From NCBI GenBank assembly GCA_934635385.1, contig CAKTZI010000011.1:20488-84487 (forward strand): DNA of 64,000 bases, written 5' to 3'. Origin of the DNA: an uncultured Kiritimatiellota bacterium. GTDB taxonomy: Bacteria > Verrucomicrobiota > Kiritimatiellia > RFP12 > UBA1067. Below the pieces are notes generated by a model. It did not search any database and was not told the origin of the DNA. It saw only the letters and a list, made by a program, of their open reading frames with translations. Made by a program: the position numbers and the translations under genes. Of this stretch, positions 7,566 to 15,524 are shown piece after piece; positions within the stretch are counted from its first letter, which is position 1, and each line of letters opens with the position of its first letter.

Positions 7566-10500
7566 TTACCGGATGATGAGCAGCGCGCCGCCGCAGCGCA
7601 CCGTCAGCACGAGCGCCGTGTCCGTCCGCGTCAGGGAGAACATGCGCGAACCGGCCTTGTCCCGCGCGAGCGTGAACGTCGTCTGCGCGAGGCCGCTTCC
7701 GCAGGTGATGAGCGGATAGTCACCGGCCTTCAGCTTGTTCGGCTTGCCCGTCAGGTCGATTTCGCACGTGGCGGGCAGCGTGAGCGCGGACGCCTTGAGG
7801 TCGATCGCGTCAGCCACGCCGTCCGCCGAGCAGGCGAACGCCAGCGTCGTCTCGTCCGAAATCTCGACCGCGAGCGACGCACCGTCCGCAATCTGCGGCA
7901 GGCGGCGGAGCGACGACGCCCGCACCGTCCCTGCGCCCGTGAGCGTCGCCCCGTTCAGCGCCACGTAGCCGCTCGGCAACAGCCCCAGCCACTTCCAGGA
8001 GAGGTAGGCTTCGGCCGTCTTCAGCTCGGCTTCATCCAGCCGCCGGTTCCACATGAGGATCTCGCCCTGAACGGCCGCGCGCGTGTCCGCGCCGTAAAGG
8101 CGCTCGCTGTTGTAAAGGTACTCGAAGCAGACGGGCCCGTACGCGCCGTCCGGCTGGACGGTCAGGATCTCCGGACGACCGCGAAAGCCCTGCGCCGAGC
8201 CGTCCACCGTCTCGCCGTCGAGGCGCGTCACGCCCTTCGTCAGCACGTCCGCCGTGCCGGCCGGGTAGATGGGCGACGCGGCAGACTGCCCTTCGCGCAC
8301 CTTGTAAAGCGTCTGCGCCGCACCCGGCAGGACGCTGTTGCCGTCCACGAACGGCTGGCCGCCGCCGTACTTGGAGTCCTGTGCCATGACGAGCGTCTGG
8401 AATGCGTTCGTGACGACGTTCCCGGTCCAGGCGCCGTTCGCGGCGACGCGGAAGCGCAGCGTGTTGCCGTCGCTGGCCTGCGTCACGCCCTTCCAGTCGC
8501 TCGTCGTGACGTTCGAGTAGTCGAGCCACGCGCGCGCCGGGCCGAACCCGTGCGCCGACACGTCCTTCCACGGTGCGCGGTCGGTGGTCGTCGCCGTCAG
8601 GGCGAACGCGCCGTCCGTCGCCGTCGCGCCGAAGCGGCGGTCATGGAGCCACGTCACGCGCGACGCGGGCGACTTCGGCTTGGCCGTCGACGTGGTGTCC
8701 TGCTCGACAAGCGCACCTTCCGCGTCGGGGTCGAACCAGCCCGTCATGTCCTTCGTGTCAAGGGCGGTCGCGTCGGGCGGCGGCAGCGCGCCGTCGATCG
8801 TGAGCGTCGCCCCGTCGAGGTGGATCGTCCCCGAAAACGCGCCGGCGATCGCGGCGTCGGCCCGGACGTTCACCGTGCCGGTGCCGTAAAGGGCCGCGCG
8901 CGTCGTCGTGCCCGTCGGGCCTTTGTACTGCGCCGTCAGCCCCCACTTCGTCGCGAGATGCCACTCGATCTGCTGACGCTGCGCGTCCGTGAGTTCCCGG
9001 TCGAAGAGCAGCACTTCGGCATAGGCCTGTCCGCCGTTGTCCACGTTGTTCTTCGCCCCATAGCCCAACCCGGAGAAGCTGTTCGTCGTCGAGCCGAAGT
9101 CAATGGCGATGACCTGCCAGCCGCCGTTCAGCCCCGTCGTCGTCGGCTCGACCGCCTCGCCATCGACCCAGACGCGCGCACCGATCTCGTTGGCCTTCAG
9201 AATCGCGTCCTCCTTCGTGTGCGCGCCGACCTCGCCGCCGCGCAGGAAGTTCGCGTTGCCGCCGAGAAGCGCACCGCCGCCGCCCTGCTGCGATCCGTAG
9301 ACGAGAATCGCCGCGCGCGGCTTCAGGACGACATCCGCCGACACATCGTCTGCCGAGGACGTCTTGGTGAAGAAGATGCGCGGCAGGACCTGGTTGAGCG
9401 GTTCGCAGTCCCGCGCCTCCGTCTCGTCCGCGAAGGTCGCCCGGAAGCTGAGGCTGGGACGGTCGAACGACAGGTAGTCGTGTCCGTTCAGCCCGCCGCG
9501 CACACGGCGCGGATGGCAGAAGGTCATCACGTTGTGGTTCTCGTTGTAAAGCGCGTCGTAGCGACTGTTCCAGAGCCGCACGTCGCACGGCGTGGCGCGG
9601 CAGTCCGACCAGCCCTTGACGAAGGGATTGCCGTCCCTGTCGGAGATTGTCTGCCCGACCTGAAGCGGATTCACGCTCGCGTAGTTGGTGTAGGAGTTCT
9701 CGTAGGTGACGACCAGGTTGGAGATCGTCTCGCCCGCCGCCGCGTCCACCCACAGGAGCGGAAGCGCCGCCCATTCGGCCTGTCGTTCCAGCAGGTTGAT
9801 GGTCGAGCCGTCTTCGCCGCGAATCGGCATCTGCGCACCGTTGTCCGTCGCCGGCGCATAGTCGAGCGTCGCCCCGTTCCGCACGGTGATCTGCACGCGC
9901 GCGTTCACCGACGTCACGCACGCCGTCTCGCGCACGTCCATCGCCGCGCCGAGGCCCGGCGCCGTCGGTGTGCCGTCCGTCACGCGCAACGTCTTCGTGC
10001 CGTCGCCGTTGTCCGCAAACGACGCCGTCGCGAAATCCAGCGCCGCGCCGTCCGCCGCGTCGAGGCACACGAAGTCCGCCGCCGTCAGGGTGCAGGACGT
10101 GGGCACCGTCAGGATCGCCCGGTCGAAGCCGGACTTGGACGGCAGCAGAATGCGCACCGCCCCCGCCGTCTTCAGCGTGTCCGTCACGCGCGCCGTCCCG
10201 CAATCGGCATCCGTCGCGTCGAGAAAGCCGCCCGCGCGCACGTCGAGCGTGCCGATGACCGTCTGCGTACCCGCCGCGAGCTTCAGCGCGCCGCCTGCGT
10301 TCAGCTGGAGGGTGCCAAAGGTCGCCGTTTCGGACGCCGCCCACGCCGCGTTCCCCTTGCCGACCTCGACGATGCCCGCATACGGCGCGAAAAGCGCGAA
10401 TTCGGAAGCCGCTTTCGCGCCCGCCGCGAGGACAAGCCGTGCCGCGCTTTTCGAGCCGTCGCCCCGTCCGTTCCAGACGACACGCGCCGCCGCGTCGTTC

Positions 10501-11180
10501 CGCAGCGTGACGGTCGCGGACGCAGGAGCGTTCAGCGTCCAGTCGAGGCCGTAGACCGTCCGTGCGCCACTGGCCGTGCCGGCCTTGACCAGGAGTTCGG
10601 CGCCCTCCGCAAGCGTCAGCGTGCCGACCGTCTGCGGATCGGCCGAGCTGCGCGCGGCGAAGCTGTACTGATTGCCCGTGCCGACCACGCGCACGTCCGT
10701 TCCGAGATCGACGACGCTCGTGCCCTTCGAGCAGTGGGTGATCGTGCCGGACGAGAGCGTGAGCGACTTGCCGGGGAACGTGTAGCGCTCCGTCGCGCCC
10801 TCTTCGTTCGGCGTCGCCAGCGGCAGGTCTTTCCCCGACACCCAGTAGTCGTAGGAGGCGTTCGGCGGAAAGAAGCCCGTGGCCGTCGTGTCGGCCGCAC
10901 CGTTGCGGTAGAGCGTCCAGCGGTTGACCTTCGAGGAGGCCGTGAGCGAACTGCCGAAGAACCCTTTCCCGTAGTCCGCGTCAGACATGACGGTCGTCTT
11001 CGCGTCGCCGTTCAGCGTGTTCGCGTAGAGGCTGTCCGCATTGTAGTCCGACTTCGTCAGGACGGCATACGTCCCGTCGGACGGCAGGGCCGCAAAGCCC
11101 GCCAGCGACACAAGCCCCGCCGCAACGGCGACAAGTCCGTGACGGCACGTCTTTTTCTTTTGCGTGATTATCTTTTTCAT
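7566..11180 (-). CDS. Giant secreted surface protein with beta-helical/autotransporter-type repeats and at least two LamG (concanavalin-like) domains.
   Basis: 1204 aa with a signal peptide. Repeated GTLTLAEGAELLV- and TLQLNAGGALKLAAG-type strands. LamG domain ends are AEVLLFDRELTDAQRQQIEWHLATKWGL and GEILMWNRRLDEAELKTAEAYLSWKWLGL. An AAGGAG Shine-Dalgarno sequence is present. Only 16 nt separate it from the GRE gene. Confidence 0.85.
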   Translation of the reverse strand: MKKIITQKKKTCRHGLVAVAAGLVSLAGFAALPSDGTYAVLTKSDYNADSLYANTLNGDAKTTVMSDADYGKGFFGSSLTASSKVNRWTLYRNGAADTTATGFFPPNASYDYWVSGKDLPLATPNEEGATERYTFPGKSLTLSSGTITHCSKGTSVVDLGTDVRVVGTGNQYSFAARSSADPQTVGTLTLAEGAELLVKAGTASGARTVYGLDWTLNAPASATVTLRNDAAARVVWNGRGDGSKSAARLVLAAGAKAASEFALFAPYAGIVEVGKGNAAWAASETATFGTLQLNAGGALKLAAGTQTVIGTLDVRAGGFLDATDADCGTARVTDTLKTAGAVRILLPSKSGFDRAILTVPTSCTLTAADFVCLDAADGAALDFATASFADNGDGTKTLRVTDGTPTAPGLGAAMDVRETACVTSVNARVQITVRNGATLDYAPATDNGAQMPIRGEDGSTINLLERQAEWAALPLLWVDAAAGETISNLVVTYENSYTNYASVNPLQVGQTISDRDGNPFVKGWSDCRATPCDVRLWNSRYDALYNENHNVMTFCHPRRVRGGLNGHDYLSFDRPSLSFRATFADETEARDCEPLNQVLPRIFFTKTSSADDVSADVVLKPRAAILVYGSQQGGGGALLGGNANFLRGGEVGAHTKEDAILKANEIGARVWVDGEAVEPTTTGLNGGWQVIAIDFGSTTNSFSGLGYGAKNNVDNGGQAYAEVLLFDRELTDAQRQQIEWHLATKWGLTAQYKGPTGTTTRAALYGTGTVNVRADAAIAGAFSGTIHLDGATLTIDGALPPPDATALDTKDMTGWFDPDAEGALVEQDTTSTAKPKSPASRVTWLHDRRFGATATDGAFALTATTTDRAPWKDVSAHGFGPARAWLDYSNVTTSDWKGVTQASDGNTLRFRVAANGAWTGNVVTNAFQTLVMAQDSKYGGGQPFVDGNSVLPGAAQTLYKVREGQSAASPIYPAGTADVLTKGVTRLDGETVDGSAQGFRGRPEILTVQPDGAYGPVCFEYLYNSERLYGADTRAAVQGEILMWNRRLDEAELKTAEAYLSWKWLGLLPSGYVALNGATLTGAGTVRASSLRRLPQIADGASLAVEISDETTLAFACSADGVADAIDLKASALTLPATCEIDLTGKPNKLKAGDYPLITCGSGLAQTTFTLARDKAGSRMFSLTRTDTALVLTVRCGGALLIIR

Positions 11181-11213
11181 GTGTACTCCTTGTTAGCCGT
11201 TTTCAATTGTGAG

Positions 11214-11320
11214 CGTATTATCGCATAAATCTCCAGCGAATACTTGCACGATTGGGCTAAAAATGTGTATTATCAGACCATCACATTCAAATCGGGGATA
11301 CAATGTCCGCGTGGAGGCGC
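11214..11320 (-). promoter_or_regulatory. Conserved ~107-bp upstream module, copy 1. It contains the extended -10 TGCGATAAT (11217-11225, minus strand) and an upstream conserved block.
   Basis: Near-identical to 20691-20798. The shared core is gcgtattatcgcataa...cttgcacgattgggctaaaaa.gtgtat.atc. It lies directly upstream of the LamG gene. Confidence 0.55.
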
Positions 11321-11460
11321 GATAAGAACAAAGCTTCGCCTCCTCCTCGCTACTCAACACGGATGACGACGAATCCCCACGAGCCGAAGTCGAATGATCA
11401 AAAGCCGTGACGACGATGACGCCCTTGCAGCCGCTTGGCTTGACGGCGCGGTAGATGGTC

Positions 11461-12156
11461 TTAAAGGAGTGTCAGCATCTCGTCTGACGTCTTTCGCTCC
11501 CGCCTGTCTTGCAGTACTTCTTCCCTTGTCCGCATCGGTCGTCCCAAGAACGCTTCCACAAGAGCCTTTGCCCGTGTACGCTCCGCGTCTGTGGCATTGT
11601 AACGCTTGCAGTCGGAATCGAATATCCTTTCAAACGACGCCACATACGTCTCATATCGTCCCAGACAATATCGATAGGCGCGACGCCACGACTCGAATTT
11701 CTGGGGGTTATTCTTTCTCAACCGAACGGATTCGCCATTTGAGGCCATCGCTTTCCATCGGTCGAGTTCCCGTCTCATCCATCCGAATTGCCGAATTTTG
11801 GCTTTGCATTCGTCCTCAATCGTCCATCGCCCCGTCTCGCTCCACCGATAGGGCATCAGCCAACTCCAAACGTTTACGAACACACGGCATTGCCGTTCGT
11901 AGTCTTCGCCTTGAAGCTTGACGTCACACAATTTGTCGTCCAAAATCCGATAACAGGCCGCGCGAACGGCTCGGTTCGTCTCCGACAGGATCAGATCGCC
12001 CACGCGGTCGAGCGGGTCTCGCACATTCGGTTCGCCCAGCCGCCGAATGGCCCTGTCTGCCTTTTTCTCGACTTTGCGAAGGAAAGGGTCTTTTCCTCCG
12101 TCGCAGCCCACGACCGTCAGTGCTATCAGAATGCCGAATAAGATATGCCTTACCAT
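11461..12156 (-). CDS. Hypothetical lipoprotein.
   Basis: 231 aa. MVRHILFGILIALTVVGCDGG contains a lipobox. It overlaps the upstream gene by 7 nt (ATGGTAA). No recognisable family. Confidence 0.6.
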   Translation of the reverse strand: MVRHILFGILIALTVVGCDGGKDPFLRKVEKKADRAIRRLGEPNVRDPLDRVGDLILSETNRAVRAACYRILDDKLCDVKLQGEDYERQCRVFVNVWSWLMPYRWSETGRWTIEDECKAKIRQFGWMRRELDRWKAMASNGESVRLRKNNPQKFESWRRAYRYCLGRYETYVASFERIFDSDCKRYNATDAERTRAKALVEAFLGRPMRTREEVLQDRRERKTSDEMLTLL

Positions 12157-15100
12157 AGTTTCACCCCATCAAGATAAACAGATCCCAGCACCTCGCGGAC
12201 GGCCTCATGCCGCAGCTTGCGCACGCCCGCCGTGCCGAATTCGTCAATTGTGAACGTCTGCGTCTCGTCCGCCGCAAAGCACTTCCAAGGTTCCGCGCCG
12301 TCAGTCGTTTGGGGGACATTCCAGCCCAAGGGAATGCACCAGACGTTCTCCCCTGCAATCCATCCCACGGACAGGGATTCGGAGAGCTGTCCGCCCGGCG
12401 TCATGCGCGGATACGGTTGCGTACACGCCGCCGTGTCACGCGCATCAATGATGTTCTCGTCCAGGACGCGAAACCAGACTCCAGCACCATTCTCACGTGA
12501 GTGGCAGCGGTCTCCGTCAAAGTAGGAATGCGTGAAATAGCCGGTCTGAACGCCCATCGTCGATGGCACTTCCTCGACCCAGATCTCCTGGAACGAGACG
12601 TCCAGAGGAAGAACCTGTATGTCCAGCTGAAGTCCGATTCCGCCCGCGCTAAGCGACGAAAGCCCGTATGTGACTACGCCGGGATTGAGCGCGCGGACGC
12701 CTGACGGCTCCACGACCAGGATCGAGGGCGTATAGGAGACTCCGCCGCAAACGACTTCCAGCGGATTCGACTCGGCGTCAAGCGGGCATCGGTATGTTTT
12801 GTCCTTCTGCATCCTGCCACCGCCTTTCACATTCCACGAAACGTTCGCGACTTCTGGTTCAAAACCGCAGTCGATCAATTCATAAACGCCAAACTTATGT
12901 CGTCCTTCGCTTCCGTTTCCGCCTTCAATCTGAATCGGTCTAATTGTGACCTTGACCGCCGTCAGCGTCGCCTCGGACGTGATCTTCTCCCCGCTCTCCT
13001 CCTCGGTGAAGGTCGCGACGGCCTTGACGTCGCCCGCGCCGCCGCTCGCCGACTGCGCCCGGTACCTCACCTTGATCTTGAACGACTCGCCCGCCTCGAC
13101 CGTCCCCTCGCGCGGCAGGAACGAGCCGCCCACACGTTCGAGCCGTCCGCCGTCGCGCAGCTCGAAGGAATACGAGCCGCCCTTCGTCCCGCCGTAGACG
13201 CTGAACTCGGCTTCGGTCTCCGTCGAGCGCCGCGCGACCGTCTCGCCCGGCGCGTTCTCGTACTCGTCCTCGAAGATGATCGCGGACTCGGAGAACGTCG
13301 CCGAGACGGACAGCCCCTGCGGCTCGTGGTCAGGCTCGTCCTCATCGGGATACGTCGGCCTGTCGGGCGGCGACTCGTGCGAGCAGCCGCAGGGCCAGTC
13401 CGCGAACGACAGCTCGAAGCCCTCGAAGCGGCACGTGTACGTCCCGACCGCGCAGCCTCCGCAGCCGCAGTTCCCGTCGCAGCTGAACAGGGGCACGGTG
13501 AACGGCGGTGGCGGCGGCTCAAGGCAGCAGTAGTTGCCGTTCCACGACACGTCGGCGCCGTCGGGCGCGGGCGTGAAGCGCACGCGCCGTCCGCCTGACG
13601 CGGCGCGGGGCGCGACGGCGGACGCACGGAACGCGGCGACGGGCGAACCGTCCACGATCTCGCACCGGACAGGGCGGCAGACCGTCAGGTGTCCGTCCGC
13701 GTCTACGCCAATTTCGATGTCGGGATGGGATGCGCCGACGCAGACGAGCGTCAGCCGGCAATCGGCGGTGTAGGACTTGCCGAGCAGAAGGACGACGCGG
13801 TTCGTCTCGCCGGCCTTCGCGACGAACGATGGATCGGGCAGGTTCGACGCGCCGCTGCCCGTGAACGTCACGAGGGCGTTCGCGGCAGGGGCGACGAGAT
13901 CGACCCAGTAGTAGTTGTTGGAATGCGCGATGGAGGACAGGTCTTGGCGCGGGCCGAACTGCGGCTCGTCCGCCGCGACAAGCGGCGCGCCGTCCACGTC
14001 ATTCGGGATGCCGTCGTCGTCCCAGTCGTCAGGGTTGACGCGGCGATAGACGCGCTCGATGTCATTGGAGCGCGCGATGAAGTCGCCGTTCGGGAAGAGC
14101 TCGAGCTGCGCGTTGACGGCTGGATGGTCAACAACCTGTCTCTTGACCACGGAAGACACGGAAGCCACATTCGTGGACACAGAAAGGATTAGCGAAGAAT
14201 GCCCTTCGGGGTTCTCCAATCCGTTTTCTCCCAACATGTTCCCAGAAGTTGGGAGAACAGGGGTTGAGGAATCCCGAAGGGCTCCTTTCTCTAACCCATT
14301 CCGTGTCACCGGAGGCGTTTCATCTCTTTCCGTGGTTTGAGAAGAAGAAACGGACACTTCCGCTCTCTCATACGGGTTGCCGAGGAAGAAGTTCTCCCAC
14401 GTCAGCACGACCGAGCCGTTCGTGGTCGCCGCCGTCCAAAGATAGGACTGTCCGTGTCGCGCGAACATCGGCGCGCCGATGACGGCGATCTCGTTCGAGG
14501 CGTTCCGCAGCTGCGGGCGCACCTTGCCCCACGTGTGCGCCCAGAGCGACGTCACGACGTGGCGACCCAAAGGGAAAAGGAAGATGGAAGAAGGAAGAAG
14601 TGCGGAACGGTCCGCTTTCCTGTGCTGTCCGACGGCCTCGGATTCCGCAACAGAGGAGTTGTCCTCCGCACTTCTTCCTTTTCCCTTCTTCCCTTTTCCT
14701 TCCTCCCCCAACATCACCCATACACGCCCCCTGTAGGCGTCGGTGAGATGCCACGTGCTGACGAGCCGTGCGTTCGTCGGTCGCGTGTAGGAAACGGCCT
14801 TGTTCGTCCGCACCGCTTCGAGGCGGTAGCCCCGCACGACGTCGTTGGATGAGAGAGTGGGGTTGCTGTCGCCTAACGCGGAGTTGTAGGAGGAGGGGAG
14901 GCACGGAGTTTCTTTACTGTCTGTCGAAGTTTTGTCCACGGATTGACACGGATTATCACGGATTTGGATTTGTGTCGCTTCGTGTTGATTCGTGGATGAT
15001 CCTTCTCCCGATCCGTGTGAATCCGTGAAATCCGTGGATGCCTCTCCGTGCCTCCGCATCTCCTCATCCTCCGCATTAAGCGTCGCAGACCCCTCTGCGG

Positions 15101-15368
15101 ATGCCGCAGGCATCACTTCCTCAATTCGTGCCGATTCGTGAAGATTCGTGGCTACATTCGCCGGTTTCTGCGCGAAGACCGTCGCGACGACGACCGCCGT
15201 CACGAGGTCGGCCTTGCTGGACGGCGGCAGCCTAACGAACTGCTCCAACAACCCAAGCAGAAACTTTCGTGCGCACACAGCGGTCGCCGCCGCGAGGCAT
15301 CCGCCCGCAAGAGCCACGCAAGCCCACACGAAGTACGGTGTACGAAAGATTTCCGCAACTGTTCTCAT
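12150..15368 (-). CDS. Large membrane-anchored hypothetical protein (1072 aa) carrying several in-frame repeat-element insertions in its N-terminal third.
   Basis: Long ORF with an N-terminal TM helix (YFVWACVALAGGCLAAATAV) and the start preceded by TGATATAAT. The C-terminal two thirds have ordinary protein-like composition. No family recognised. Confidence 0.7.
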   Translation of the reverse strand: MRTVAEIFRTPYFVWACVALAGGCLAAATAVCARKFLLGLLEQFVRLPPSSKADLVTAVVVATVFAQKPANVATNLHESARIEEVMPAASAEGSATLNAEDEEMRRHGEASTDFTDSHGSGEGSSTNQHEATQIQIRDNPCQSVDKTSTDSKETPCLPSSYNSALGDSNPTLSSNDVVRGYRLEAVRTNKAVSYTRPTNARLVSTWHLTDAYRGRVWVMLGEEGKGKKGKGRSAEDNSSVAESEAVGQHRKADRSALLPSSIFLFPLGRHVVTSLWAHTWGKVRPQLRNASNEIAVIGAPMFARHGQSYLWTAATTNGSVVLTWENFFLGNPYERAEVSVSSSQTTERDETPPVTRNGLEKGALRDSSTPVLPTSGNMLGENGLENPEGHSSLILSVSTNVASVSSVVKRQVVDHPAVNAQLELFPNGDFIARSNDIERVYRRVNPDDWDDDGIPNDVDGAPLVAADEPQFGPRQDLSSIAHSNNYYWVDLVAPAANALVTFTGSGASNLPDPSFVAKAGETNRVVLLLGKSYTADCRLTLVCVGASHPDIEIGVDADGHLTVCRPVRCEIVDGSPVAAFRASAVAPRAASGGRRVRFTPAPDGADVSWNGNYCCLEPPPPPFTVPLFSCDGNCGCGGCAVGTYTCRFEGFELSFADWPCGCSHESPPDRPTYPDEDEPDHEPQGLSVSATFSESAIIFEDEYENAPGETVARRSTETEAEFSVYGGTKGGSYSFELRDGGRLERVGGSFLPREGTVEAGESFKIKVRYRAQSASGGAGDVKAVATFTEEESGEKITSEATLTAVKVTIRPIQIEGGNGSEGRHKFGVYELIDCGFEPEVANVSWNVKGGGRMQKDKTYRCPLDAESNPLEVVCGGVSYTPSILVVEPSGVRALNPGVVTYGLSSLSAGGIGLQLDIQVLPLDVSFQEIWVEEVPSTMGVQTGYFTHSYFDGDRCHSRENGAGVWFRVLDENIIDARDTAACTQPYPRMTPGGQLSESLSVGWIAGENVWCIPLGWNVPQTTDGAEPWKCFAADETQTFTIDEFGTAGVRKLRHEAVREVLGSVYLDGVKLW
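14197..14282. repeat. Imperfect inverted repeat (about 35-bp arms) inside a CDS.
   Basis: gcccttcggggttctccaatccgttttctcccaac pairs with gttgggagaacaggggttgaggaatcccgaagggc. Confidence 0.7.
14572..14707. repeat. Purine-rich/pyrimidine-rich inverted repeat element inside a CDS.
   Basis: gggaaaaggaagatggaagaaggaagaagtgcgga pairs with tccgcacttcttccttttcccttcttcccttttccttcctccc. Confidence 0.75.
14870..15152. repeat. Nested palindromic elements. The outer element is CGGAG-type (14870-15082), the inner is CACGGAT-type (14936-15037), and a CACGAAT-type tail follows.
   Basis: Outer arms are cgcctaacgcggagttgtaggaggaggggaggcacggag and ctccgtgcctccgcatctcctcatcctccgcattaagcg. Inner arms are ccacggattgacacggattatcacggattt and atccgtgtgaatccgtgaaatccgtgg. 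Confidence 0.8.
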
Positions 15369-15376
15369 TGGCTGGA

Positions 15377-15385
15377 ATTATATCA
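15377..15385 (-). promoter_or_regulatory. Extended -10 promoter TGATATAAT, 8 nt upstream of the ATG at 15368 (leaderless-type).
   Basis: The reverse complement of attatatca is tgatataat. The spacer to the ATG is tccagcca. Confidence 0.55.
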
Positions 15386-15468
15386 TGTTGGTGAGGATTC
15401 CCGCAAATGCTCACCTGTCCGAGACTTGTCGCGAAAAGAGGGAATCGTACGGGCTTTCTAAAGAAAGC

Positions 15469-15500
15469 GCATTCTCACTTTTTTAAAAAAGTGAGAATGC
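15469..15500. terminator. Perfect 32-bp palindrome, a putative bidirectional transcription terminator downstream of the LRR gene.
   Basis: gcattctcacttttttaaaaaagtgagaatgc lies 25 nt after the stop at 15525. Confidence 0.5.
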
Positions 15501-15524
15501 GATGCCCTGCTTTTTGCCCAGCGG

